Of a stretch of 248,000 bases of DNA, positions 100,835 to 114,467 are shown piece by piece (the stretch's first letter is position 1; every line of letters begins with the position of its first letter). The DNA lies in NCBI GenBank assembly GCA_951406725.2, contig OX597814.1, positions 169,156,001 to 169,404,000 of the forward strand. Reading direction: 5' to 3'. A model generated the notes under the pieces. The model saw only the letters and a list, made by a program, of their open reading frames with translations. It was not told the origin of the DNA and ran no database searches. The stretch comes from Octopus vulgaris (taxonomy: Eukaryota). The translations under genes and the position numbers were made by a program.

Positions 100835-101520
100835 TCTACTCTAGCACTAAAAATAGATCCGCAAGGTTTCAGCCCCAAAAGAAATTGTTTCCGATGAAAG
100901 TTAGCACTACTACCAGCACAAATAAACAGGGCAAATAAACATAGCAAAATGTAGATTAGTTCGAGACAATTGTTTCACTATTAATAAATTATGTAATTTT
101001 ACTTACATAAATTCATCTGTAGCTCCTCGGTCGAACCCGTCCAGAATACAATTTACCCAATCGCACGCTAGACTTCACCATAACGATAAACGCACGTGCG
101101 GTCGAGTCGATTGTACTCACTGTTATAATTTAAGTGCCCCTGTTAATTTTGGATGTAGTATCTGTTTCCGTGAATTTTGGTGGGCGATACACACTTAAAT
101201 TATAACAGCGAGTACAATCGACTCGACCGCACGTGCGTTTATCGTTATGGTGAAGTCTAGCGTGCGATTGGGTAAATTGTATTCTGGACGGGTTCGACCG
101301 AGGAGCTACAGATGAATTTATGTAAGTAAGATTACATAATTTATTAATAGCGAAACAATTGTCTCGAACTAATCTACATTTTGTTATGTTTATTTGCCCT
101401 GTTCATTTGTGCTGGTAGTAGTGCTAACTTTCATCGGAAACAATTTCTTTTGTGGCTGAAACCTTGCGGATCTATTTTTAGTGCTAGAGTAGACCACATG
101501 GTCACTCTCTTACATTTATG
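100835..101520. mobile_element. Young fold-back Penelope-like element
   Basis: ~290-bp arms nearly perfectly reverse complementary around ~101160; CpGs intact; variant core CAGATGA...GAAAC-AATT-GTC. Confidence 0.75.
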
Positions 101521-101621
101521 TATAAAATGTATCATAATCCGGGTCTTTTATGCACTAAGCCACTTGGTGGTAAATGGATGTACTATTAAATTAGTATCCA
101601 ATTTTATCACCCTTATCGGTT

Positions 101622-101662
<41 letters not shown>

Positions 101663-103268
101663 TACATATACACACACACACACACATATATATATATACA
101701 TATCATCATCATCATCATCATCGTTTAGCATCTGCTTCCCATGCTAGCATGGGTTGGACGGTTCAACTGGGGTCTGGGAAGCCAGAAGGCTGCACCAGGC
101801 CCAGTCTGATCTGTCAATGTTTCTACGGCTGGATGCCCTTCCTAACGCCAACCACTCCGTGAGTGTAGTGGGTGCTTTTTACGTGCCAGACGAGGCTGGC
101901 AAACGGCCACAATCGGATGGTGCTCTTTATGTGCCACCAGCACGGGGGCCAGGCGAGACTGGCAACGGCCACGAATGGATGGTGCTTTTTACGTGCCATA
102001 TATATGTATATATGTATCATCATCATCATCATCATTATCCTCGTTTAACATCCGTTTTCCATGCTAGCATGGGTTGGACGGTTCGACCGGGGTCTGGAAA
102101 GCCAGGAGGCTGCTCCAGGCTCGAGTCTGTTCTGGCAGAGTTTCTACAGCTGGATGCCCTTCCCAACACCAACCACTCCATGAGTGTAGTGGGTGCTTTT
102201 TACGTACCACCAGCACAGATACCAGGCGAGGCTGGCAATGGCCACGATTGGTTGGTGCTTTTTACGTGCCACCGGCACGGAAGCCAATCAAAGGCAGCAC
102301 TGGCATCAGCCATGTTCGGATGGTGCTTCTTATGTGCCACCGGCACAGGTATCGCAGCTACAATTTCCATATATATATATTTATATATATATATTTGAGA
102401 CCCACCTTCGGTCGTGATTGACCATGGGATTACACTTAGAAAGTTACCCTCCCAGGCACAAGTCTGGGCATGCAGTCACCCATGCATACCAGACTCCCCT
102501 CTCCACGCCACCAGTGTTATCCAGAGGAAAGGCAACAGCAGATACAGCTTGGCACCTGTGACGTCACAACTCATTTCAACAGCTGAGTGAACTGGAGCAA
102601 CATGAAATAAAGTGTCTTGCTCAAGAACACAACACGCAGCCTGGTCTGTGATTTGAATTCACAACCTCACAATCGTAAACTTGATGCTCTAACCACTGAG
102701 CCATGTGCCTTCACACACATATATATCATCATCATCATCATCATCATTTAACGTAAGTTTTCCATGTTGGTATGGGTTGAATGGTTTGACATGGAGCTGC
102801 CTAGCAAGGAGCTGTCCAGGTTCAAACTGTCTCTTGTGGCATGGTTTCTATGGCTTAACATCGTGACTTAACAGTGCAATGGATACTTTTCACATGTCAC
102901 CATGCCACTGGCAGGGGTGCGTTTATGCAGCACTGGCACAGGTGCATTAATGCAGTACTGACATGGGTGCTTTTTAAGTGCCACAGCTTGACATGTCTTA
103001 TCAAGTACAGCAGATTGCCTCATCTCCCGGTCCCTTGTCCTGTAAGTCCCTTATCTGGGCCTCAGTGAGGCCCAGCATCTGAAGATTCTTTCTCATCACT
103101 TCATTCCATATTTTCTTGGGTTTTACGAAGCCTCATATTCTCATTAATTGCTCGAAATCTTTCTTTATGTTACTTGTTTTGTTTTCCATTTATTTCTCTC
103201 ATTAGCATACCCAAGTTTGCCTTCATATTTCATGCTGTTTATGCTTTGTGACGTCCTGTACCCATATA

Positions 103269-103308
<40 letters not shown>

Positions 103309-103382
103309 TACATATACATGTAAGTATGTACATATATGTATGTATATATGCATATATATATATTTTATTTATTATTTATATC

Positions 103383-103427
<45 letters not shown>

Positions 103428-104269
103428 ATGTAGATAGACCACCCCGTACACAGGTACCCTCCACAATTAGAGCTCAGCATTCTTTTACACAGCTGTCCTC
103501 ATCCATGCGCACACTTCTTTATGCGCATAGATGAGGACAGCTAGTCCTCGTCCATATGCATATTTATGTATGGTGATGCAAACAGGAAAAATAGAGCTCA
103601 AAATATGAATATATGTATATTTTTATTAATATTCAACATAGGTAACAGAGCAACTGAAAGCCCGTGAATTTTATGTTGGCACTAGTGCCAATGTATGAAA
103701 CTCTCAGACCTTAAGTCGTACAGCAGAAATCCTTGTTTTACTGGCTATACATGTGTAAACCAACTAATATCTGCAGAATTCATTATCGTCACTATTGATT
103801 AACGTCTGTTTCCATGCTGGCATGGGTTGGGCAGTTTGACTGAGGTCTGGAAAGCCAGGGGCTGCACCAGGCTCCATCTGATCTGGCAACGTGTCTGCAG
103901 CTGGATGTCCTTCCTAACACTTATCACTCTGAGGGTGTAGTGGGTGTTTTTTTACGTGCCACTGGCACAGGAGTCAGTCAGGTAGGCCTGGCATTGATCA
104001 CGTTTGGAGTGCTTTTTTCATGTTACTAGCATGGGAGCCAGTCAGAGGGCACTGACATTGGCCATGTTCAGATGGTGCTTTTTACGTACCACTGGCATGG
104101 GAGGCTTTAAGACATGCAGGTACACAGTTATTGTTGATTCATATTAATGCAATAATGTGCATAATATGTGAAACACTCAGCAATTATCAGAGACATTTGT
104201 AGTGATTTGGCTTAAAGCCTGTTCATTCTATCATCTTGTATCCTAATTATATATACATACAGGGAGCAA

Positions 104270-105090
104270 TGGGTAAATTGTTGCCATTATATATTTTTAA
104301 TTTCGAGCATGTGCATTTTTTGTTTTTGATTTTACCGACTACACAGTATAGTAGAAAAACGTAATTCACTCTGCCAGAAATTTGGAAATGACATGCTGTA
104401 CTGCTTCACATTTGTGTCAGAAGCTCAAATTCAAACACTTCAGTATGTTGGGTGTCAATCTGAGTGACCAGAACATGTACTGAGATGGATAAAAATCAAA
104501 CATCCAGCCAACATCATGGTGTTAGGTGTGATCACTAGTGATGGCAACATTATACCTCCATTCATCTTCCCACACAGCCTCAGACCCAATACAGAGGCCT
104601 GCATTAAGTGCCTGGAGGAAGTAGTGCTGCCCTGGGTCAAGAGGGTGGTTGCTAGAAGACCCTATGTCTGGCAACAGGACTCTGCACCATGCCGCACAAG
104701 CTGGAGAACCCATTCATGGATGTCACACTATCTCTGCAACTACATCGCCCTTAACATCTGGCCAGCTAACTACCCAGACTGCTACCTACTTGATTATTAT
104801 GCGTGGGGCACAGTTGAGCAAGAGATCAACAAAACTCTTTATAACACCAAAGTTGAACTGAATGCAAGGATTATGGCAGCATTTACCAACTCAAACGAGG
104901 AAACTGTCCAGAACAGTTGCAGGAGATTCCAAAGTCATCTGGAGGCTATCAATGGCAATTTTATTGACTAAATTTACTCTTTAGTATTTCAAGATATTCT
105001 TATGTAATTTTGGTAAATATATCTGTTAAAATGAGATGTCAGTATTATTTTCATTTTTGCATAATTTAGATGACAATTCATTCACCACAC
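104270..105090 (+). mobile_element. Tc1/mariner (maT, DD37D-like) transposase remnant
   Basis: VMVLGVITSDGNIIPPF...YVWQQDSAPC...WPANYPDCYLLDYYAWG. Confidence 0.8.
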
Positions 105091-106453
105091 CCAGTATATA
105101 TATATTATTTTATTCTTTTATTTGTTTCAGTCATTTGACTGCAGCCATGCTGGAGCACCACCTTGAAGGAATTTAGTTGAACAAATCGACCCAGGACTAA
105201 TTTTTTTAAAGCTTAGTACTTATTCTATCGATATCTTTTGTTGAACTGCTAAGTTACAGGGATGTAAACACAGCAACACTAGGTATCAAGCGATGATGGG
105301 GAGACAAACACAGACCCAAAGATACACACACACACATATGATGGGCTTTTTTCAGTTTCCATTTACCAAATCCACTTACAAGGCTTTGGTCAGCCCGAGG
105401 CAATAGTAGAAGGCACTTGCCCAAGATGCTACGCAGTGGGACTGAACCTGGAACCACGTGGTTGGGAAGCAAGCTTCTTACCACACAGCCATGCCTGCAC
105501 CTATATTCATGTATATATAGTAAGTCAGTAGAGTATAATTTGAGGGAGATTCGGTTGCTGTTTCTTCAAGGGTGAGCAACTGTGAGGCTCCCTCAGTAGC
105601 TCATTTTAATTCATATTTTCCCAGTAGTTATTAAATTGCAGCCGTTTAAACAAAATAAACATCAGGCCTATCATTCTATCCTCACCAGACTGGTAGGACC
105701 AGCAATGTATGCTAAGCCTCTCATTTTCCCCCTCCACCCCTCTCCTCCTCCTTCTTTGTCTTCTGCTTTCATTCTTCTTTACTTCTTTTTCAATCTTCTT
105801 TCAATCTCCTTTTAATCTTCTCTCTATCTTCTTTTAATCTTCTTCCATTCTTCTTCTTCTTCTTCTTCTTCTTCTTCTTCTTCTTCTTTTTCTCCTCCTC
105901 CTCCTTCTCTTCTTCTTCTTCTTTCATTCTTCTTCTTCTTCTTCTTCTTCCTTCATTCTTTCTTCTTCTCCTCCTCCTCCTCCTTTTCTTCTTCTTCTTC
106001 TTCTTCTTCTTCTTCTTCTTCTTCTTCTTCTTCTTCTTCTTCTTTCATTCTTTCATTCTTCTTTCATTCTTCTTTCTTCTTTCTTCTTTCTTTGATTCTT
106101 CTTTCTTCTTTCTTCCTTCAGTCTTCGCTTCTTTCATCCTTCTTTCGTTCATTCAATCTGACACTCGGGTCCAATTAAACAACAGACGAAAAGCATTAAA
106201 ATTTCCCCCTTTCATGTTGCAATGTTTTTTTTTTATTCACATATCAGTTTTTATACCTATGCACATGCTGATCACACACACGCATACGCACACACACACA
106301 CACAAACACACACACACAGCACACACACACATGTATACATGCTCATGCATTCATGCATATATATATATATATATATATAAAACAATCTAAGACTTAGGGA
106401 GATACCTCAGTAAAAGAGAAGAAAATTGATTTTCACAGAGGAGTTTTTCTCAC

Positions 106454-106518
106454 CGAAGCAAGAGTTGTATGTAAAGTGCATATGGTAGTCTGTGTAACGG
106501 AAGCACAATTATCTGTGA
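106454..106518 (-). CDS. Candidate exon (two frames open)
   Basis: attttctcttcag acceptor, gtgaga donor, 65 nt. Confidence 0.25.
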
Positions 106519-107686
106519 CTGAAGAGAAAATTATCGTTTTATAAGCCAGACTGACATACAGTAAGGACTAGATGGAATAAGGGTGGGAGTCATTGTTTTA
106601 CTATAGATATTTGTAAGTATAATGGATATTTAAGCTCAACATGTTGAAGAAATTGAGAGAAAGAAGAAGGGGAAATATAGAGGAGGGAGATAGAGATAGA
106701 GATAGAGAGAGAGACAGACAGAGATAGAGGAAAAGGAAAAGGAAAGATCTATGGTTGTTTTGTACAAGAACCATGTCAAAGAGGAAGCGGGAGAGAAGAG
106801 TAAAGTGAGAGCGAGGGAGAGGGAGGAGAGATGGAGAGTCAGACAAAAGGAAGTCAAGATTAAAGCTTTCAGTGTTTTTATTATACTTTGAAAATTTGAT
106901 ATCAGTATTAAGATAAATAAATAATTCCTGTTGAGATTATGGCATCAATGAAGTAAAACTAAATAAAACAAGATTACGAGACATGAAAGAACACACAAAC
107001 ACACACACGTGTGCATGTGCGCACATATGCACAATAATCACACTTAAGTTTAGAAGGTAATTACAGCACATTTCTTGTATATTTTTCTAAAAGTAACAAT
107101 GTTTATTTTCCAGTTGCTTCTTTCAAGTAAACAAATGAGCAGTGGGATAGCTAGACTGTGTGCCTCTCAGAGCAGCACTTGAGTATTTTCCCTACCCACA
107201 ACTGTGCCAATATAGCCTATACAGGCTTAGACAGCAGGCCTAAAAGTATTGCTTGAGGTGAAAGACCTTTGCTCCACAACTATATATAAGCCTTACAGGA
107301 GTGGCTGTGTGGTAAGTAGTTTGCTTACTAACCACATGGTTCTGAGTTCAGTTCCACTGTGTGGCATGGTGGGTAAGTGTCTTCTACTATAGCCTTGGGC
107401 TCTGTGAGTGGATTTGGTATATAGAAACTGAAAGAAGCCCGTAATATATATATATATATACATATATATATACCAGAGTAAGCACATAAATGCAAAACAA
107501 GGTGGAAAAAATGAAACTGGAATACCAGAGGTAGAGTAATATGCTTTATTGAAAAGCACCAGAAATATTACAAAAACTGTTACTCAGAGTTTCATGTTCC
107601 CGTTCGTCAGACAGTTTATCTCTCTCTCTATCTCTCTCTCTCTCCTCTACATTTCCCCTCTTCTTTCTCTCTATTTCTTCAACATA

Positions 107687-107887
107687 TTTGGTACTACCTC
107701 CGAGATCTGCACCCGCAGTTGGCTTCACCTGGGCTCGTGCTCGCAGCTTGCATGCACGCCACGGTGCCCTCCTACTTGACCGGGCATCGGAAAGTCGCCT
107801 TGCCAGCGATCGCGCAACCTGTTGCCTGGCCGGTCCGGCATCGGTTGCTCGCTCCAGCGCCATCCACTTTCGTGGCCAGTCGATTCG
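107687..107887 (-). pseudogene. 28S rRNA gene fragment
   Basis: Reverse complement of recalled conserved LSU segments (actacc..agatctgcac; gccctcctact; cgctccagcgccatcca..ttc..gattcgg); ~200 bp, isolated, diverged. Confidence 0.75.
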
Positions 107888-110800
107888 GTACACTGCACAT
107901 GTAGTTCAAGAAATAAACTTTAGTGCACATTGTGTCAAATTAAATCTGCTTGAATATCATGAAGGGCTATGTGGTTAAGAAACTTGTGGCTTTGTGGTTA
108001 AGACACCAGTATGGCCACAGTCTAATGACTGAAACAAGTAAAAGATGAAAATAGAAAAATTAAACCGGATACAAGATTCATCATGTGTGTGTGTGGGGGG
108101 GTGTAATTTCAGTCATTTTAATCTTCTTTCATTCTTCTTCTTCTTCTTCTTCTTCTTCTTCTCCTCCTCCTTCTTCTTCTTCTCCTCCTCCTCCTTCCCC
108201 TTCCCCTTTTCTTCTTCTTCTTCTTCTTCTTCTTCTTCTTCTTCCCCTTCCCCCTTTTCTTCTTCTTCTCCCTTTTCTCCCTTTTCTCCTCCTCCTCCTT
108301 CTCCCTTTCTTCTTCTTCTTCTTCTTCTTCTTCTTCTTCTTCTTCTCCTCCGCCTCCTCCTCCTCCTCCTCCTCCTCATTCTTCTTCTTTTTCTTCCTCC
108401 TCCTCCTCCTCCTCTCCCCCTCCCCTCCCTCCCCCTTCCCCTCCCCTCCCCTCCCCCTGCCCCTCCCCCTGCCCCTGCCCCTCCCCCCTTCTTCTTCTTC
108501 TTCTTCTTCTTCTTCTTCTTCTTCTTCTTCTTCTTCCTCCTCCTCTTCCTTTGAATTTGCTGCAGAAAGTTGGTCTATGTTTGTGGTGATGGGGAATGGT
108601 GGTGGTGGTGGTGGTAGGGAGTGCTAGGAGTGCTCAAAGCCATTACCAGCTCTTCATGACTGATGAGGTTCATGCAGGTAATGTTTAACTCGAACATCTA
108701 TAAATTGATGATGCCTGCAGGAAAGAAATATGTGAACGAAGAAAAGGAATCCAGGGGAAAACTCTTTTAGATGTGGGGAGGTCTAAGTGTCAGGAGGATG
108801 TTGTGAGGATGTGACAGGAAGACGAAAGACAGATGGAGCTAGTGGTGCACGACTTTCTACTTCAGGAGAATAGTAAGTTTTATATATTTCTTTACTACCC
108901 ACAAGGGGCTAAACACAGAAGGGATAAACAAAGACAGACAAATGGATTAAGTTGATTATATCGACCCCAGTGTATAGGGTGGCGAGCTGGCAGAAACGTT
109001 AGCGCACTGGGTGAAATGCTTAGCGGTATTTCGTCTGTCGTTACCTTCTGAGTTCAAATTCCGCCGAGGTCAACTTTGCCTTTCATCCTTTCGGGGTCGA
109101 TAAATAAAGTACCAGTTTCGCACTGGGGTCGATGTAATTGACTTAATCCCTTTGTCTGTCCTTGTTTGTCCCCTCTATGTTTAGCCCCTTGTGGGTAGTA
109201 AAGAAATATATATCGACCCCAGTGTGTAACTGGTACTTATTTGATCGACCCCGAAAGTATGGAAGGCAAACCTCAACCTCGGCGGAACTTGAACTCAGAA
109301 TGTAGCGGCAGACGAAATACTGCTGAATATTTCGCCCGGCATGCTAACGTTTCTGCTAGCTCACCGCCCTTATGGAGAATAGTAAGTTTTATAGTAATGG
109401 TAGAAGAGACAAAGGCACGGACCAGTCTGTTGAGGTTGGAGGTTTATGAATCTATGGTCAGTCTTTCCTTTGCCTTGATGTTGTTTATCCCCAGGCCAGC
109501 TCTTATCTAAGGAATTTATTGCCAAAGATGTTCCATCTACGACTATCATATCTTTTATTATAATACACTATATCCAGAGCTACATTACTCATTTGGTCCC
109601 ATTTTTTTGTTTGTTTTTGTAATCTAATAGGGATGATTAAGGTGGTGAGCTGACAGAGTCGTTAGTATACTCTTTACTCTTTTACTCTTTTATTTGTTTC
109701 AGTCATGTGACTGTGGCCATGCTGGAGCACCACCTTTGGTCGAGCAAATTGACCCCAGGACTTATTATTTGTAAACCTAGTACTTATTCTATCGATCTCT
109801 TTTTTGCCAAACTGCTAAGTTACAGGGACATAAACACACCAGCATCGGTTGTCAAGCGATGTTGGGGGGACAAACACAGACCCGGTGCCAGTGACATGTA
109901 AAAAGCACCATCCGAACGTGGCAGATGCCAGCGCCGCCTGACTGGCATCTGTGTCGGTGACATGTAAAAGCACCAACCGATTGTGGCCGTTTGCCAGCTT
110001 CCTCTGGCTCCTGTGCCGGTGGCACGTAAAAATCACCCACTACACTCACAGAGTGGTTGGCATTAGGAAGGGCATCCATCTGTAGAAACACTGGCAGATC
110101 AGACTGGAGCCTGGTGCAGCCTCCTGGCTTCCCAGACCCTGGTCGAACCATCCAACTCATGCTAGCATGGAAAACGGACGTTAAACGATGATGATGATGA
110201 CAATGATGATGATACACATATATATATATACATATATACGATGGGCTTCTTTCAGTTTCCGTTTACCAAATCCACTCACAAGGCTTTGGTCGGTCCAAGG
110301 ATATAGTAGAAAACACTTGCCCAAGGTGCCACGCAGTGGGACCAAACCCGGAACCATGTGGTTCATAAGCAAGCTACTTACCACAAAACCACTCCTACGC
110401 CTGCTTAGCGACATTTCATCTGTCTTCACATTCTGAGTTCAAATTCTGCTGTGGCTGACTTTGCTCTTCATCTTTTGGAGACAATAAAATAAATACCAGC
110501 TGAGCACTGGGGTCAGTTTAAGACTTACCCCTTGCAACTGCTGGCTCTGTACCAACATTTGAAGCCAGTATAATGGGAATGATTTAGAATTGATTGCTAT
110601 TTTTATCAGGATGAATGATCATACAGTTCTTGGCTTGTTTTAGCCTTATATTATGGTGTAGGTGAGTTAATGCAACTTAGAATCTTTGTGACATGAGCAG
110701 CTGTGTTCTGAATAAAATATATGAACTTTTCTTTATCCTATAACAATGATAGCTACTAATTTCTCTGTTAGAAAGGAAATAGCATGTTGATAGCAATAAA

Positions 110801-111339
110801 TTGATCCTATCTAGATAGAGAGAATAAATATACAAGCACAAAAATAACAAACAACAAATATTATCATAAAAAAGATAGCATCAGTTTTCTATAAGTAATT
110901 TTTAGAAAGAATTTTGGAATTTATTTCATATATGTTTGTGTGTGTGTGCTTGTGTGCAAGCACAAGCATGGCTTTGTGGTGAGAAGTTTGCTTCCCAACC
111001 ACATGGTTTCAAGTTCATTCCTACTGTGTGGCACCTTGTGCATGGGTCTTCTATTATGTCCTTGAGCTGGCCAAGCCGTGTGAATTTGGTAGATGGAAAC
111101 TGAAAGAAGCTTGTCATGTATATATTTTTATGGTTATATACTGTTAAGAACATAGCATACAGTATAAAGCTTGTCTACCTTCAGAGTTCACACTGTGCTA
111201 TCCGGTAGTAGTATTATATGTACTTCTAGATATGTATTTGGGCTTCTGTCCAACCATACTCCTTCTTGTTGACTCCATCTTATTCAATTATATATATATA
111301 ATATAATATATATAATAATATTATATATATATAATATAA

Positions 111340-112095
111340 TTAGGGCTTAGTAAAATAAATTACTTCGCCACATACTGAACTTAATAGAAATAGCAGCCAA
111401 AAAAATTTTTTTAGCCATTTCTACTACTTAAAGAAAATTTCTCTCAGATAATGTTTACTCAAGATAACTCACGAAGGTATGGAGGTAAATACAGAAAAAT
111501 ATCACAAGTACAAAGATCGTTTGAGAACGTCAACGTTTCTAGATTAGCCAAATAAAATCAGCATTTCTTTCGTCAGCTCAAAATTTCTTAATTTGGATTT
111601 GGAAACACTAAAAAGAAAGAACTTTACCTCTCGGTAATTCATTTCTCTCTGTCATACTGCCTCGGTTCTCGCGGTTAAAATATAATGTTTGCTAGATAGA
111701 CCACGTGGGTGGAAGAGGAGTGCAGGAATTTACGCTTGCGCATTTTGAATTTGTTAGCACTGGCAGTTTGAGCTGGTTCATCTGAGGTGATAAGTTCGCC
111801 GAGAGGTAAAGTTCTTTCTTTTTAGTGTTTCCAAATCCAAATTAAGAAATTTTGAGCTGACGAAAGAAATGCTGATTTTATTTGGCTAATCTAGAAACGT
111901 TGACGTTCTCAAACGATCTTTGTACTTGTGATATTTTTCTGTATTTACCTCCATACCTTCGTGAGTTATCTTGAGTAAACATTATCTGAGAGAAATTTTC
112001 TTTAAGTAGTAGAAATGGCTAAAAAATTTTTTTTGGCTGCTATTTCTATTAAGTTCAGTATGTGGCAAAGTAATTTATTTTACTAAGCCCTAATT
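111340..112095. mobile_element. Fold-back Penelope-like element with a hammerhead in each arm
   Basis: ~310-bp inverted arms with ~150-bp spacer; same family as 148745-149426. Confidence 0.8.
111851..111913 (+). ncRNA. Type I hammerhead ribozyme motif (mirror copy at 111522-111584, minus)
   Basis: TTTGAG-CTGACGA-AAG...CTA-GAAAC-GTTGAC-GTT-CTCAAA; 6-bp stem I. Confidence 0.7.
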
Positions 112096-112282
112096 ATATA
112101 ATGTAATATTTTGAATTCGCCTTAAATGGTCCTTTTACATACTGAACACTTGGTGAAATTGATTAATTAATTTTACCCTCAATTGTTGATATATATATAT
112201 ATATATATAGAAATTCGGGGTGAGTACTTGATAATTATAAGCACCTGTGTATACCGTTTGGTGGTGTAGGTGGTGGAGTAAA

Positions 112283-112544
112283 TTGATCAAAATAAAAACA
112301 TGATGCCAAGGATTCAGCGGTACATATGTTTCGGGCCTTTATTAGACAGATTTATAACAATGCATAATGTATGTCTGTGGCCTTCTTCAGCCGCGCACAA
112401 CAGCGTAACACATGTCCTTGTGGAAGCTGTTGTGCGCGGCTGAAGAAGGCCACAGACATACATTATGCATTGTTATAAATCTGTCTAATAAAGGCCCGAA
112501 ACATATGTACCGCTGAATCCTTGGCATCATGTTTTTATTTTGAT

Positions 112545-112547
<3 letters not shown>
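112283..112547. mobile_element. Perfect fold-back element (122-bp arms, 21-nt spacer)
   Basis: Arms are exact reverse complements; (TA)n flank. Confidence 0.85.
112436..112513 (+). ncRNA. Type I hammerhead ribozyme motif (identical mirror on minus strand)
   Basis: GCGG-CTGAAGA-AGGCC...GGCCC-GAAAC-ATAT-GTA-CCGC. Confidence 0.75.
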
Positions 112548-112582
<35 letters not shown>

Positions 112583-112584
112583 TA

Positions 112585-113420
112585 AAACTTAGGGTATCTA
112601 CAAGACACTGTCATGCTGAAAATAGCAGCCAGGATCTGACTCTAAAATCACATTAAGTGTTCATATAGCACAAAGAGAGAAGACAAAAAGACAAAATAAA
112701 AGTAGTAAAAAATTAATGGATAATTCCAGATCTTGGATTTCTGACTTTGCATTTAGAAATGCTTTTTTTACTAGTAATTTTTTATTAGATTTATTTAGTC
112801 TTTTTGTCTTCTCTCTTTGTACTATATGAACACTTAATGTGGTTTTAGAGTCAGATCCTGACTGCTATTTTCAGCATGGTGGTATCTCGTAGATACCCTA
112901 AATTATAATTTTAATAATAATTATTACCTTTGAAGGTTTTTATTTCCATGCTGGCTACTTGATAAGATCATTATTTAACTTAAATTAACGATCTTAGAAA
113001 ATAGGTTTCAAAGAAGAAAGACCACACGTAGTATAAATAGGGGAAAAGTAAAAAGGATGCAAAGAAAATGCACATTAGGTACAAAAAAATAAAGGCATTT
113101 TTAAGAAAAGCAAAGATATATGCATACTATTAGATGATTTGAAGTGGAATTTTGAAATATAAAAATCATAATTATGAATCGTTATAAAGATTCAAAGTCA
113201 TATCTGTCATATCTTTCATTTGAAAGTCAGTGATCAGCTCTGACGATACCAAAATGACTTTGAATCTCTATAATGATTCATAATAAGGATTTTTATACTT
113301 CATAATTCCACCTCAAATCATCTAATTGTATGTATATATATCTTTGCTTTTCTTAAAAAAGGCCTTTATTTTTTATATCTAATGTGCATTTTTTGTTTTA
113401 TTTTTATTTTTCCCCTACAT
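112585..113420. mobile_element. Two further imperfect fold-back elements
   Basis: Inverted arms at 112585-112905 and 113025-113420. Confidence 0.65.
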
Positions 113421-114316
113421 ATATATAATATAAACCATTGGTCACTCATTGGCTGGACATAAACTTAATTACTTATATATATATATGATCATGGTGATAT
113501 ATATATATATCACTGTGATCACCGTGACCGACCAGGCTATCAGATGTTGCTACACATCGCTGGTCACAATGCGCTTCGCATTGTTTTAGCCTACAAATGA
113601 CGCCACCCTGCTGGCTAAGTGAGAAGGCCAACAGAAGAAAGAGCGAGGGAAAGTTGCGGCGAAAGAGTACAGCAGGGATTGCCACCCCACCCCCTGCCGG
113701 AGCCTCGTGGATCTTTAGGTGTTTTCGCTCAATAAACACTCACACTGCCTGGTCTGGGAATCGAAACCGCGAGTCCGCTGCCCTAATTGCTGGGCCATTG
113801 CACTTCCACAAGCAGTAAAGGGTACAAGAATCCGGGCATTTCTAGGAAAGTTCTTCATTAGAGAGAGAATAATTTTTTTATGTTAATGGTGCTACTAAGA
113901 ACACAAGAATGATGCTCTCTTAATTGTTTCTAATTTTTCACCTCCTTGCTTAGCATGGCTTAGAATAAGTTTTCATAGCTTCTTTTGTAATTTTAATTTA
114001 TCCATCACATTTGAAAAGGAATAAAATCTATCTGTCACAAGGGGTGTGGTGTTTCATGGGAAAGGTGTTGAAAAGGACATTCATCATTGATAAGGACCAA
114101 AGCTGTGACAGATGAACTTTGACAAACTAATTAATCAATTAGTTAATTAGCAATTATTTAATTAATTGATAATAAAGCTGAAATAAAATACAACTAATGA
114201 ATGCATTTTAATTGATAGCTTAACCTCCACCATAAAGTGCAACAATATTCGTTTCAGTGCTGGAATTCACATTCAGAATCTTCTAAAATAGATAATCGTT
114301 ATTGGCCCAACCATAC

Positions 114317-114370
114317 AGAAAATATATTCCTTAATACTATCTTTGCAATAAATGTTTTCTGCTATAATTG
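114317..114370 (-). CDS. Candidate exon (xIIAENIYCKDSIKEYIF)
   Basis: attatttcagttatttcag acceptor, gtatgg donor, only one open frame. Confidence 0.28.
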
Positions 114371-114406
114371 CTGAAATAACTGAAATAATATTTTTTTGAA
114401 TAATGA

Positions 114407-114467
<61 letters not shown>

